DNA of 64,000 nt. Origin: an uncultured Clostridia bacterium (GTDB lineage Bacteria > Bacillota > Clostridia > TANB77 > CAG-508). The notes beneath the pieces were generated by a model that searched no databases, was not told where the DNA came from, and worked only from the letters and a program-made list of their open reading frames with translations. Location: positions 8,626-72,625 of the forward strand of contig CANRBH010000002.1 in the NCBI GenBank assembly GCA_947628825.1, given 5' to 3'. A program made the position numbers and the translations under genes. This document shows positions 45,509 through 56,036 of this stretch, one piece after another (within the stretch, counting starts at the first letter, position 1; each line of letters starts with the position of its first letter).

Positions 45509-47245
45509 AGGGAAGAAAAGGAGATTAAAGAAAAGCAAGTAACTACAGCTGAAAGACCAACAGATGCACCAACAACAGTAAATCCCGTAAATGAAAGCTG
45601 GCAAGTATTTTTTGGTAGAAGAATTTTAACACATTCAATGAAAAAATCAGAATTAAATGCTGAAAGTATTAGAAGAATACTTCCACAAGTGTTAAAAGAA
45701 CACGATAAAAATGCTAATGAAATAGATTACTTGTATAACTATTATAAAGGTAGACAGCCAATACTAGAGAAAACAAAGGTTGTAAGACCAGAAATAAACA
45801 ATAAAGTATTAGAAAATCACGCATTTGAGATTGTCGAATTTAAAAAGGCTTATGTTTATGGTGAGCCAGTTCAATATGTTCAAAAAGGTGAAAAGGATAA
45901 TGAAGTTGTAAATCCTGAAATATCAGAGCTTAACAAATTTATGGAGAGCGAAGATAAATCGAGCAGAGATAAAGAATTAGCTGAATGGCAATATATTTGT
46001 GGTACAGCTTATAGATGGATAGACATAGACAATGAAGCGGACTTAGAAGATGAAGATGCTCCATTTGAAATAAGGACATTAGACCCAAGAAGAACTTTTG
46101 TAGTTTATAATTCTGGAGTTAGAGGGGAGCAATTATTCAGTGGATATATTAACTATTTTAGCGAAAATATTCAATTAGATAATGGAGAAACACAACTTAG
46201 TAGATATAGAATTATAACTATTTACACAGAAGATAAGATGTATGAATATAGAGAAAGTTTTGGCAATACTGGAAATGTACAAAATCTTGAAATAATGCCA
46301 TTTAATTTGCAATTGACTGATACAGAAAATAAAACTGTAAAACAATATCCATTGTTAATAAAAGGACATAGGATTGTAGAATATCCACTAAATCAAGCAA
46401 GATTAGGTTTAATAGAATTATGTATGTCTGCATTAAATTCAATAAATCAAATAAAATCAGATGATTTAGATGGTATAGACCAATTTATACAAAGTTTATT
46501 AGTGTTTATAAATCAAGAAATAGATGTTGATAAATTTAAGCAATTGGTACAAGCTGGAGCAGTAGAAGTAGCAACTTCTGAGCCTAATAAACCCGCAGAT
46601 GTAAAATTATTGACAAATCAATTAGTACATAGCGAAACAAAGGTTGTAACAGATGATTTGTATAACAATGTATTAACAATTTGTGGAATACCAAGATTAA
46701 ATCATAAAGCATCTGGTGGAGATACTGGACAAGCAAGATTGCTTGGTGAAGGTTGGACTATGGCAGATGAAAGAGCAAAACAAGATGAGCTTTCATTTAA
46801 AAAATCTGAAAGACAGTCTTTAAGGTTAGTATTGAAGATTTGTAAATATAAAAATAAATTAGAAAATTTGAAAATAGGTGATATAGATATTAAATTTACA
46901 AGAAATAAGTCAGACAATTTACTTGTAAAAACACAAGGCTTAATGAATATGAAACAATCACAAGTACCACCTGAAATAGCATTTACAATTTGCGGATTAT
47001 TTAGTGACCCAAACGATGTATATGCTAAAGCTAAAGTATATTATGGGGACAATTTCTGGCAAGCTGAAAACGTAAATAATAATAACGATTTGGTTGATAA
47101 CAACGAAATCGAAAATCAAAACGATAAAGCTCAAAAGAAAGAAAACCAAAGTATAAATAATGTCTTAGTTGGCGAGGACAAAAAGCCAACCACACAAAAC
47201 GAGGGAGAGGCTCGTAATAAAGCTAGTGTGAGAAAGGAACAATAA
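45509..47245 (+). CDS. Portal protein (SPP1 gp6-like); proposed AGG start
   Basis: Position after TerL; ~578 aa. AGG at 45509 lies 7 nt after GGAGG and is in frame with the track ORF 45638. The extension includes WQVFFGRRILTH. Confidence 0.75.
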   Translation, partial: REEKEIKEKQVTTAERPTDAPTTVNPVNESWQVFFGRRILTHSMKKSELNAESIRRILPQVLKEHDKNANEIDYLYNYYKGRQPILEKTKVVRPEINNKVLENHAFEIVEFKKAYVYGEPVQYVQKGEKDNEVVNPEISELNKFMESEDKSSRDKELAEWQYICGTAYRWIDIDNEADLEDEDAPFEIRTLDPRRTFVVYNSGVRGEQLFSGYINYFSENIQLDNGETQLSRYRIITIYTEDKMYEYRESFGNTGNVQNLEIMPFNLQLTDTENKTVKQYPLLIKGHRIVEYPLNQARLGLIELCMSALNSINQIKSDDLDGIDQFIQSLLVFINQEIDVDKFKQLVQAGAVEVATSEPNKPADVKLLTNQLVHSETKVVTDDLYNNVLTICGIPRLNHKASGGDTGQARLLGEGWTMADERAKQDELSFKKSERQSLRLVLKICKYKNKLENLKIGDIDIKFTRNKSDNLLVKTQGLMNMKQSQVPPEIAFTICGLFSDPNDVYAKAKVYYGDNFWQAENVNNNNDLVDNNEIENQNDKAQKKENQSINNVLVGEDKKPTTQNEGEARNKASVRKEQ

Positions 47246-47868
47246 TGGATGATGAATTAGGTTCAATTTTAGAAAATGCTGAGTTAACTAACGAAGCAAA
47301 AACAGAGGCGATAAAAGCCTTAGTTGGAAAGAGTTTTGTTTCCAACGACCAATACAATAAAGCAAAGGCAAAACAAACAGAACAAACAAATGCTTATAAT
47401 GCCTTGAAAGCTGAATTTGATACTTTCAAAGAAAGTAAAATGTCAGATGAAGAAAAACAAGCAGAAGCTTCAAGAAAAATGCAAGAACAATATCAAAAAG
47501 CAAATTTAACAATTAGCAAAATGTATGCAGAAAACACTTTTGCAAAAGCTGGATTCAAGGAAGATGATTACAAGGATATTCTTGATAACATTGTTAGTGA
47601 AGATACAGATAAAACAAAAGGATTAGCTGAAACGATATGTGCTACTATGTTAAAACAAAAAGCTGATATTGAAAAAGCAATGAAAGATAAAATTATAAAA
47701 GGTCAAACACCACCACCTGCTGGAAATGATAATGACAAAGGTAGTGGAGATGATATAGAAAATCTAAAAAAATTGTATCAAGAAGCTGTTGAAAAAAATG
47801 ATTTTCCAAAAATGGCTTATTATACAAGATTAGTGCAAGAAGCACAAATGAAACAAAAAAATATTTAG
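47245..47868 (+). CDS. Scaffolding protein (GP20/DUF4355-like)
   Basis: Helical, acidic, 207 aa; between portal and capsid; ATG overlaps the portal stop. Confidence 0.65.
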   Translation: MDDELGSILENAELTNEAKTEAIKALVGKSFVSNDQYNKAKAKQTEQTNAYNALKAEFDTFKESKMSDEEKQAEASRKMQEQYQKANLTISKMYAENTFAKAGFKEDDYKDILDNIVSEDTDKTKGLAETICATMLKQKADIEKAMKDKIIKGQTPPPAGNDNDKGSGDDIENLKKLYQEAVEKNDFPKMAYYTRLVQEAQMKQKNI

Positions 47869-47881
47869 GAGGTAATGTAAT

Positions 47882-48877
47882 AGGAACGAGACAGAAACAG
47901 TACAATCATTTGGAGTATTAAACTACTCAGGTATGTTATTCAATAAGGGTAACACAAGAACACCATTCTTATCAATGATAGGAGGTAAAACTGGATATAC
48001 AAATTCAGTAGAGTTCGTTTTAGGACAAGAATATGCAACAGAGGAAGGAGATATACCAGCAATATCTGAAAATGCTTCATTGAAAGCACCAGATGCTTCA
48101 TATATCACAAGAAGTCAAAATACTAATGTAACTCAAATATTTATGGATAGTGTTGCAATATCTTATGCAAAACAATCTAATATGGGAACATTAGCAGGAG
48201 CTAATATTGCAGGACAAACTGCAAATCCACAAAACGAATTAGACTTCCAAGTAGCTAATAAAATGGCTAAGTTAGGAAGAAGCATTGAAAAAACATTTAT
48301 GCAAGGTAAATACAACAAAGCTACAGCTGATAGTGAGATAAATAAAACAAGAGGTATTTATGAAGCTATAACTAAAAATGTTGTAGAGGCTGAAGGAAAA
48401 ACATTAAATATTTGGTTATTAAATCAAGTTGTAAAGAAAATAGCAGATGCTAATGGAGATGTTTCTAATCTATATGTATGGACTGATAACACAGGAATTA
48501 ATCAATTACACGGAGATGCAGTTGAATTAGGTGTTCCTATGGGAGAATTTAGAGCTAATGAATATGGAATTAGAATAAGAGATTTAATATTACCAACTGC
48601 AACAGTACATATTGCAGAAGGTCAATTTATAGAAAAAGGAACAGCATTATTGCTTAACTTTGATGTAATTAGACCTATTGAGCAACCAGTACCAGGTAAA
48701 GGAAACTTTTTCTTAGAGCCACTTGCTAAAACAGGTGCAGGAGAAAAATATCAATTATTTGGACAAATTGGTTTAGACTATGGTAATGAATTATTCCACG
48801 GAAAAATTACTGGATTATCTACTGAATTTACTCCACCAAAAGGAAGAAAAGTAGTAACAGTAACAGAAACACCCTAA
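47882..48877 (+). CDS. Major capsid protein; proposed AGG start
   Basis: AGG at 47882 lies 9 nt after AGGAGG. The frame is closed upstream at 47873-47875 and the next ATG (47933) has no SD. Product NETETVQSFGVLNYSGMLFNKGNTRTPFLSMIGG... Confidence 0.7.
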   Translation, partial: RNETETVQSFGVLNYSGMLFNKGNTRTPFLSMIGGKTGYTNSVEFVLGQEYATEEGDIPAISENASLKAPDASYITRSQNTNVTQIFMDSVAISYAKQSNMGTLAGANIAGQTANPQNELDFQVANKMAKLGRSIEKTFMQGKYNKATADSEINKTRGIYEAITKNVVEAEGKTLNIWLLNQVVKKIADANGDVSNLYVWTDNTGINQLHGDAVELGVPMGEFRANEYGIRIRDLILPTATVHIAEGQFIEKGTALLLNFDVIRPIEQPVPGKGNFFLEPLAKTGAGEKYQLFGQIGLDYGNELFHGKITGLSTEFTPPKGRKVVTVTETP

Positions 48878-49277
48878 GCCAGCCACGTCAAAAGTGGCAA
48901 TACCAAGCGGAGAAACTTCATTAAACTTAGGTGAAAAGACAGTTCAAGATTTGTGTGAAAACCTAAGTATTGAAGGTGATAACGTTAAAGGTTCACTAAA
49001 ATATGTTGAAAACTGGACTGAATTTTCAAAGACTGATAATAGTGGAAACTTCTTACCTTTATATTTTGAAGAAGCAAAAGGTCAAGCAAAAGGAACAGTA
49101 AAAGTAGAGTTGAAAGGTACAGGAGCTAAATTAAAGAAACCAGTTGCAGTTGATGAAAAAGATGGCTTAATAGTGTTCCAAATTCATAACAAAGATAATA
49201 CACTTGAAATTACTCAAGAAGGTAAAGAAACAAGAACTCTTAAATTAAGTGAACTTGAATTAAAGCAACAAGACTAA
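48876..49277 (+). CDS. C-terminal capsid extension domain, probably expressed by +1 frameshift at CCC-UAA-G
   Basis: The +1 frame is open across the capsid stop, with no SD and no intergenic gap. The track start is a GTG at 48894 without an SD. The domain is beta-rich. Confidence 0.5.
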   Translation, partial: KPATSKVAIPSGETSLNLGEKTVQDLCENLSIEGDNVKGSLKYVENWTEFSKTDNSGNFLPLYFEEAKGQAKGTVKVELKGTGAKLKKPVAVDEKDGLIVFQIHNKDNTLEITQEGKETRTLKLSELELKQQD

Positions 49278-49297
49278 ATAAAAAGGAGGACTAACCT

Positions 49298-49642
49298 ATG
49301 ACTGAAAATGACCAACTAAAAAGAATGAGATTAAAAATATTAGAAAATGCTGATGATGACAGCAAAGATGATATTTTCAAAATCAATTTAGAAGAAGCCA
49401 AATACAGATACCTTAGGTTAGTCTATCCTTATGATAGAACAGTAACAGAATTGCCTGATGATAGGGCAAAAGATTGGCAAACTAGATGTGCAATAGAACT
49501 CAACAAATTAGATGAATTAGGTGATGAAGCAAATTACACTCAATATTCAGAAAATGGCTTAACTTATGCAAGAGCTAAAGCTGGTCTTTCAGAAGATTTG
49601 TTAAATGAATTACCACCAGCAAAGGCAGGTGTTCCAGTATAG
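49298..49642 (+). CDS. Head-tail connector (gp6-like) protein
   Basis: Position; 114 aa; AAAGGAGG SD. Confidence 0.5.
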   Translation: MTENDQLKRMRLKILENADDDSKDDIFKINLEEAKYRYLRLVYPYDRTVTELPDDRAKDWQTRCAIELNKLDELGDEANYTQYSENGLTYARAKAGLSEDLLNELPPAKAGVPV

Positions 49643-50000
49643 GAAAAAAGAATGGAACAAGAAAATTTGGATAGCAAAGAAAATAGGAACAGAAGAAAAT
49701 GATTATGGAACTGAAATTCCTATATATGATAAGCCAGAAGAATATATGATGAATGTTCAGCCATTATCTAGTGAAGCAGATATTGCAGAGTTTGGTGAAA
49801 ATGCCAAGCAAGTACAAAGAGCAGTTATTGAATATAAAAAATACTTTGGTAAGTTTAAGGAGTTTGATGTAGCATATTTAGATGGTGTTACACCAGATGG
49901 AGAAGAAGTAAATGGTGAAAATGCTAATTACAGATTATATCCACCAAGAAATCAAAATAAAGTAATTCTATTGTATTTTGAGAGACTAACAGCAAAGTAG
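49641..50000 (+). CDS. Head closure/adaptor protein; start ambiguous (AGG 49641 overlapping TAG, GTG 49629 or ATG 49605)
   Basis: KIWIAKKIGTEENDYGTEIPIYDKPEEYMMNVQPLSSEAD matches the head-tail adaptor pattern. AGG lies 9 nt after AGGTG. Confidence 0.45.
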   Translation, partial: RKKEWNKKIWIAKKIGTEENDYGTEIPIYDKPEEYMMNVQPLSSEADIAEFGENAKQVQRAVIEYKKYFGKFKEFDVAYLDGVTPDGEEVNGENANYRLYPPRNQNKVILLYFERLTAK

Positions 50001-50009
50001 GTGATATGT

Positions 50010-50486
50010 ATGCAAATGAATTTAAATACTAAACATACAATGAGGTTGTCTATTTCAAGTATAAATGAATATAAACAGATGCTAGAGCAATATAAGAAAA
50101 AACTTCCACAAGTTGCAGAAAATATCGTAAGAAGAGTATCAGAAGTAGGATTACAAGATAATCATAAATCTACTGAACTATTACCAGTAAAAAATGAAGG
50201 TAGTGTAGTTAGTGGAGGAATAAAAACTACAGATAAAATTGATACTTACAGAGAATTTGGAACAGGTATTGTAGGAAGTCAAAATCCACATATTGAAGAA
50301 TATTTAAAAGAAGTTGGTTGGAAATATGATGTAAATGAACATGGTGAAAAGGGTTGGAAATATCCAAAAGGAGATGGCACCTATGGTTGGACAAAAGGTA
50401 TTCCAGCAAGTAAGAAATTTTATAATGCTATAAGAAAAATGGAAGAAGAACTACCAAATATAGCAAAAGAAGAATTAAGTAAGTAG
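50010..50486 (+). CDS. HK97 gp10-like tail-completion protein
   Basis: ..EFGTGIVG.. motif and position. Confidence 0.5.
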   Translation: MQMNLNTKHTMRLSISSINEYKQMLEQYKKKLPQVAENIVRRVSEVGLQDNHKSTELLPVKNEGSVVSGGIKTTDKIDTYREFGTGIVGSQNPHIEEYLKEVGWKYDVNEHGEKGWKYPKGDGTYGWTKGIPASKKFYNAIRKMEEELPNIAKEELSK

Positions 50487-50500
50487 GAGAGTGATTTAAT

Positions 50501-50911
50501 ATGGCAATGCCAGATGTATATGACCAAATATTCCAATATGGAAAGAAATATATAAATGAAAAATCAAAATATTCTCCAAAGATACTTAAAGATACACCAC
50601 CAGATAAAACATTTCCACTAATTATTATTAGGGAAATTAGAGATGATTTATATGATGAAAACTTAGATAAAACAGACCAGAGATTTAACATAGGATATGA
50701 AATAGAAATATATACAATAAACAAAGGACAAGTTGCAAAACAAGAAATTGCAAACGAGCTAATTAAATTAGTTAATGATGTTTTTGATGTCCATTATGGA
50801 TTAAGAAGAACATTTAATCAACAAATACCTAATGCAGATTCTGATGTTTATCGTCATGATATGCGTTTTGAAGGTAAAGTTGATGAAAATAAAATAATTT
50901 ATAGGAGGTAA
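50501..50911 (+). CDS. Tail terminator/completion-like protein
   Basis: Position upstream of the tail tube gene; 136 aa. Confidence 0.4.
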   Translation: MAMPDVYDQIFQYGKKYINEKSKYSPKILKDTPPDKTFPLIIIREIRDDLYDENLDKTDQRFNIGYEIEIYTINKGQVAKQEIANELIKLVNDVFDVHYGLRRTFNQQIPNADSDVYRHDMRFEGKVDENKIIYRR

Positions 50912-50917
50912 TTTAAT

Positions 50918-51352
50918 AGGGACGAAGAAGTAGTAGCAATCAATGACCAAGGTACAATGTTGTACGTAAAAGGTGAAACAAAATATGAAGAATTAGTAGG
51001 TATCAAATCAGTACCAGCTAGTGGTGCAGAAGGTGGAACAATTGAAGTAACAGAATTAAAAAGTAAAAGAAAACAATACATAGATGATAGAGTTGATACA
51101 CCAGCACAAGACTTTACTTATAACAGAACAGATAAGAAATATGAAGCTGTAAAGAAATACTGTGATGGTAAAGTGCATGAATTTTTAGTTTATTTCCAAG
51201 ATGGTACTGGAACTTATATTAAAGGTACAGCTCAAACTTGGAAAAATGAAATTACTGCTGGTTCAGCACAAGAAGCAACACTACATATAGTTGCAACAGA
51301 TATAGAAGATAAAACAGCAGAAGAAGTTACACCAATGATACAAGGAGAATAG
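50918..51352 (+). CDS. Major tail (tube) protein; proposed AGG start
   Basis: AGG at 50918 lies 9 nt after AGGAGG. The frame is closed at 50909-50911. The extension DEEVVAINDQGT precedes the track start MLYVKGE. Confidence 0.65.
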   Translation, partial: RDEEVVAINDQGTMLYVKGETKYEELVGIKSVPASGAEGGTIEVTELKSKRKQYIDDRVDTPAQDFTYNRTDKKYEAVKKYCDGKVHEFLVYFQDGTGTYIKGTAQTWKNEITAGSAQEATLHIVATDIEDKTAEEVTPMIQGE

Positions 51353-51380
51353 TTAAAATAAAAGATGGAGGAATTAGATT

Positions 51381-51707
51381 ATGAGTAAATTGATGGAAAT
51401 TGAAGTAAAAGATAAGAAATATTTGTTAGGTTATCCAACAAGAAAAGATGCAATTAGAGCAGAAAATGCAGGCTTAGATGTAAGCAATATAAAAATATTA
51501 AGCATGACAGAAGTATTATTTTATTCTGGATTACTTGCTAAACAACCAGCAATTAGTAGAGAAAAAGCAAATGAAATAATGGAAGATTATTTAGCAGAAG
51601 GTGGAGATTTGGAAGAAGTAACAAAATTCTTAACTGAACAATATGTGGCTTTTACAAAATCCCCAGATGGAATGAAGAAAAAGAAAGCCAAAATAATAGA
51701 AATGTAG
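51381..51707 (+). CDS. Tail assembly chaperone (gpG-like)
   Basis: Position between the tube and tape measure genes; 108 aa. Confidence 0.65.
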   Translation: MSKLMEIEVKDKKYLLGYPTRKDAIRAENAGLDVSNIKILSMTEVLFYSGLLAKQPAISREKANEIMEDYLAEGGDLEEVTKFLTEQYVAFTKSPDGMKKKKAKIIEM

Positions 51708-52105
51708 AAAAGTCAACTGGGGAAGAAAAAGAATATACCAAATTAAAAGAGTTCTTTTATGACTTTTTGCTACCAATGGCAATTACTTTCGGTATGTCTA
51801 CAAGAGAATTTTGGGAAGATGACCCAGAGTATCTTTGGGCATACCGAAAATCATATATGGACAAAATTAAATCACAACAAGAAACAGATAATTTTAATGC
51901 ATGGTTAAACGGTTTATATGTATATAATGCTGTAAGTATAAGTTTGCATAATGGCTTTGGAAATGGCAGTGCTAAATCATATATGAAACAACCTATTGAT
52001 TTTTCTAAAAAAACAAAAGAACAGATAGTAGAAGAAAGAGAAAATAGTATAAAAGAACAATTAAAACGAGGTAAAAGAGCATTAAGTAAAGGAGTAGGTA
52101 AATAG
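51381..52105 (+). CDS. Tail assembly chaperone G-T fusion via -1 frameshift near G-AAA-AAG (51777-51783)
   Basis: The -1 frame is open from the slippery site through track ORF 51767-52105; the canonical siphovirus arrangement. Confidence 0.55.
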
Positions 52106-55100
52106 GGCTGATTACAATGTAGGTAATTTAGAAAGTGAAATAAAAGTACAATTTAGTCAAGCAGTAAGTGCATTAAATCAGACTACTACTGCTCTTAATG
52201 GTGTAGTATCTTTATTAAAGGATACTAATTCACAATTAAATAATTTAAAGAACAACACAGGAATAAAAAAAATAACAAAAGATACTACTGAATTACAAAA
52301 CATTTTAGATGAAAAGAAATACAATAAGGACATAAGAAAAGCATTAAATATAGGTGGAATTGCCTATGGATTAAAAAAGAGTTGGAATACATTATCAAAT
52401 ATCACAAGTGCTAGTATAGATATGATAGAAACAACGAACCTTTTTGAAGTACAAATGGGTAAAGTTGTAGATGAGTACGGTAACTTAGATATAGCACAAA
52501 GTCAGTATTATACAAAAGCAATAGATTTTCAAAATAAAATGAATGAGAAGCTTGCGACTAATAAGTCTGAAATGGAAAAGTATCAAGCTATGTATTATGG
52601 TATGTTAAATTCTCAACTAGGAAGTGATAATAAAGAAGCTTCATATTTAATGTCTGAAAGTCTAACCAAAGCAGGATATGATATAGCTTCTTTATATAAC
52701 TTAGATGTAGATGATGCTATGAATAAATTAAAATCAGGACTAGCAGGACAAATAGAGAGTTTAAGACAAATAGGTATAGATGTATCAGAAGCATCATTAG
52801 CAAAAGTATTAGATCAAGTAGGAATAGATAGAAGTGTTCAACAATTATCTTACGCAGAAAAAGAAGTAGCAAGATATATAGCAATAGTTCAACAAGCAGG
52901 ACAAGCACAGGGAGACTTTGCTCGTACATTTGAGCAACCAGCAAATCAAGTAAGAGTATTTAAAAATCAATTAGTAGAATTAAAACAAGTAGCAGGTTCA
53001 TTCTTTATAGGATTATTTGGTCAAGTAATGCCAGCAATAAATGGTATTATTATGGCTATTAAAGAAGTTTTAAAAGCCTTAGGTGCTGTATTTGGATTTG
53101 AAGTAAATACAGGTAATTCTTCATTAGGAGCAGTAGCAGATACTATGGGAGATATAGATAGTGGCATAGGTAGTGCTACTAAAAAAGCCAAAGAGTTCAA
53201 AAAGCAACTTATGGGCTTTGATGAAATAAACAATATTACACCACCAAGTGAAAATAATGGAGGCTCTGGTGGAGGTTCTGTTACTGGTATAGATAGTGCT
53301 TTATTAGATGCTTTAAAAGAGTGGGATAATAAAATGGATAGTATCTCTGGAGAAGCACAAAAAATAAGAGACAATATACTTGAATGGCTTGGTTTTACAA
53401 AAGATGTAAATGGCAACTTAGAGTGGTCTTGGAAAAATATGAATGGTATTGCAAAAGTCCTTTCGATTGTAGCTGGAATAGTTGGAGGAATATATGTAAT
53501 AGGAAAATTAACTAAGTTAGTAACTTGGTTGAAAACATTATTCACTATATTAAAAACTGGTAAAGGTGCAACTACTACATTTGGATTAGGATTGCAGACT
53601 ATAAGTAAGGCATTTAAAACCTTAAAAACAGGAATTTCATTAGCTATTAGTCAATATAAAATATTCAGAGAACAAGGGAAAGGGGTTATTGAATCTCTAT
53701 CAAAAACATCAAGTAATATGTTTACATTGAAAGAAAAAATAACAGGAGTAACAGTTGGACTTGCTTCTTTAGTTGGAGGTTGTACTTTAGCATATAATGG
53801 AATGTATGAAATAGGAAAAGGAGCTAAAGATGCTTCTGAAAATATAGGAAAATTGATAACATCAGCAGGTCTAGCAATAGGAGGAGGAGCATTAGCAGGA
53901 TTTATGCTTGGAGGTCCAATAGGAGCTGGAATAGGAGCTATCGTTGGATTATTAGCAGATGCAACCTCAATGCTATTTGGTTTTATAGATGCAGAAGAAG
54001 AACAAAAAGCTTATGCAAATTTATATGATGGACAAGGAATTTCTATAACCAATTTAAAGGATATGCTTTCAGAAGCAACAGGAGAAATGTCTAATTTCTC
54101 TGATAAAATCTTAGAATACAATGATATACAAAAAGAAAGTAATACTACAATCAAAGATGCAAATGATACAATAGAGCTTTACCTTGAAAAACTTGGTTCT
54201 ACACAATATAAATTAACAGCAGAAGATTTAAATATATTAAAACAGGCTTTTTCAGATGTAGAAAACGCAACTGTAAAAAGTAGTGAGGCAACAGCTAATA
54301 GTATTATTATAACAACTAATAGATTAAAAGATTTAGGAAAAATTAGCGAAAATACAGCTCAAATAGTAGTTGATAGTGCTATAAGAAGACAATTAGCAGA
54401 AGGAGAAAGTGCAAAAGCCTTAGCAACAGCTCAATCAGATTTAACACAAAAATATTATAATGGAAAAATAACTTATGAAGAATATTTGTCAAAAATGGCT
54501 GAGGCAGAACAATTATATGGAAATAATAATACAGCCATAACAGAATTGGATTCAAAATTTAATAAATTAGCAGAAGACATTAGCAAAGGTATTAACTTAG
54601 AAAATCCTACAAAACTAAAAGAATTAGTTGGGGATTTAAACAGCAACTATAAAGAACAAAAAGATAAAATTGATGAAGCTTATATTTCATCAAAAAATCT
54701 TTATGATAATTTATTAACTCAACAACAACAAGAACTAGATGGATTAGAAGAAGGAACAGATGCATATAACAAAAAATTAGAAGCTCTAAAAGCGACAAAA
54801 GAAACTTTAAGTGGTCTTGAAGAACAATATAATATTGATTTATCTACTCTTGAAGGAAATTATAAAGGAATCTTTTCTGCTATATTTCTTCAAATAGAAG
54901 ATAGTGGAACAAAATTAGATGAAACAACAAAAGAAGTAAAAAAGAATGTAGAAGAAACTTTAAGTAGTATTGGAAAAGATATAAAAATAACAGGTGTAGG
55001 AAAACAAGTATTTGATGGAATAGCTAATGATTTGACAGCTGAGGGAGCAAAGAAAATCCATGTGTTATCCACAATAATGGATAAGTATGGAATAGATACA

Positions 55101-56036
55101 TATTCTGGATATATAGAAGGAATGCAAAATTCAGCTCAAAAAGATAGATTATCTAAAGCTGTAGGATTTATAGCAGATTTAGTAGATAAGGGAATTGCAG
55201 AGCCATTAGAAATACATTCTCCTTCAAAACTTATGACAAGATATGGCGAATATACTGTAGAAGGATTAGTTAATGGAATAAATAGTGCAACAGAAAAAAT
55301 TAAAAATGCAATGCAAAAGATAAAAGAAATGATTATGGAAACTGCCAATCAAATATCATTAAATTTTAAATTTAATGATTCATCAATAAATTCATCTTTA
55401 GATAATATAAAAAATTCAACAAGTAATAAATTGGAAGAAACTAAAAATATTGCATATCAAAAGGCTATAAATATAAAAGATAATATAAGAAATGGATTAA
55501 ACATCAATTATTACGAAATGTATAATATTGGAAATAATGTTTCACAAGGTTTAATTGATGGAATGAATAATAAATCTTGGAGTGTATCTAATACAGCAAA
55601 AACTATTGCACAAAACATTGTAACTCAGTTTAAAAATAAATTACAAATACATTCTCCTTCGAGAATAATGGAAAATTTATCAAAATTTATTCCACTTGGA
55701 ATTGCAAAAGGAATAGATGATGAAGCTAACACAGTTTATAATAGTATTTCAGAATTAAGTGAAGGAATAAAAATAAATCCTAAAGATTTTGAAGTAGACA
55801 CAAATCAATTTGTAGATTATGGTGCTATTAAAGGTGAAATTGAGACAAAAAATCAGATTAGTATAGATGGACTTATAGCAGAAATGATAAAAGAGGCAGT
55901 AATTGAAGGTATGAGAGATTCTAAAATAAAAGTAGAAGTAGAAGCAAAGGCAGATGAAAATGGCATATTTAATATAGTACAAACAGGGGCAAATGAATAT
56001 TATATTCATACAGGGAAAAATCCTTTCCCTGCATAA
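52104..56036 (+). CDS. Tail tape measure protein; proposed AGG start overlapping upstream TAG
   Basis: The frame is open from 52098 to the track start 52422, with no ATG/GTG/TTG in 106 codons. AGG at 52104 lies 9 nt after AAGGAG. Gly-rich TM-like core and long coiled coils. Confidence 0.8.
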   Translation, partial: RADYNVGNLESEIKVQFSQAVSALNQTTTALNGVVSLLKDTNSQLNNLKNNTGIKKITKDTTELQNILDEKKYNKDIRKALNIGGIAYGLKKSWNTLSNITSASIDMIETTNLFEVQMGKVVDEYGNLDIAQSQYYTKAIDFQNKMNEKLATNKSEMEKYQAMYYGMLNSQLGSDNKEASYLMSESLTKAGYDIASLYNLDVDDAMNKLKSGLAGQIESLRQIGIDVSEASLAKVLDQVGIDRSVQQLSYAEKEVARYIAIVQQAGQAQGDFARTFEQPANQVRVFKNQLVELKQVAGSFFIGLFGQVMPAINGIIMAIKEVLKALGAVFGFEVNTGNSSLGAVADTMGDIDSGIGSATKKAKEFKKQLMGFDEINNITPPSENNGGSGGGSVTGIDSALLDALKEWDNKMDSISGEAQKIRDNILEWLGFTKDVNGNLEWSWKNMNGIAKVLSIVAGIVGGIYVIGKLTKLVTWLKTLFTILKTGKGATTTFGLGLQTISKAFKTLKTGISLAISQYKIFREQGKGVIESLSKTSSNMFTLKEKITGVTVGLASLVGGCTLAYNGMYEIGKGAKDASENIGKLITSAGLAIGGGALAGFMLGGPIGAGIGAIVGLLADATSMLFGFIDAEEEQKAYANLYDGQGISITNLKDMLSEATGEMSNFSDKILEYNDIQKESNTTIKDANDTIELYLEKLGSTQYKLTAEDLNILKQAFSDVENATVKSSEATANSIIITTNRLKDLGKISENTAQIVVDSAIRRQLAEGESAKALATAQSDLTQKYYNGKITYEEYLSKMAEAEQLYGNNNTAITELDSKFNKLAEDISKGINLENPTKLKELVGDLNSNYKEQKDKIDEAYISSKNLYDNLLTQQQQELDGLEEGTDAYNKKLEALKATKETLSGLEEQYNIDLSTLEGNYKGIFSAIFLQIEDSGTKLDETTKEVKKNVEETLSSIGKDIKITGVGKQVFDGIANDLTAEGAKKIHVLSTIMDKYGIDTYSGYIEGMQNSAQKDRLSKAVGFIADLVDKGIAEPLEIHSPSKLMTRYGEYTVEGLVNGINSATEKIKNAMQKIKEMIMETANQISLNFKFNDSSINSSLDNIKNSTSNKLEETKNIAYQKAINIKDNIRNGLNINYYEMYNIGNNVSQGLIDGMNNKSWSVSNTAKTIAQNIVTQFKNKLQIHSPSRIMENLSKFIPLGIAKGIDDEANTVYNSISELSEGIKINPKDFEVDTNQFVDYGAIKGEIETKNQISIDGLIAEMIKEAVIEGMRDSKIKVEVEAKADENGIFNIVQTGANEYYIHTGKNPFPA

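Noticed and set aside
174-55348. Numerous antisense or overlapping track ORFs inside confident genes, for example 174-446, 4346-4714, 12650-12952, 25271-25627, 31836-32153, 41122-41412, 53021-53545 and 55755-56009.
   Set aside because: These are shadow ORFs typical of AT-rich DNA. They have no SD, show low-complexity or hydrophobic nonsense translations, and are fully embedded in genes with clear homology.
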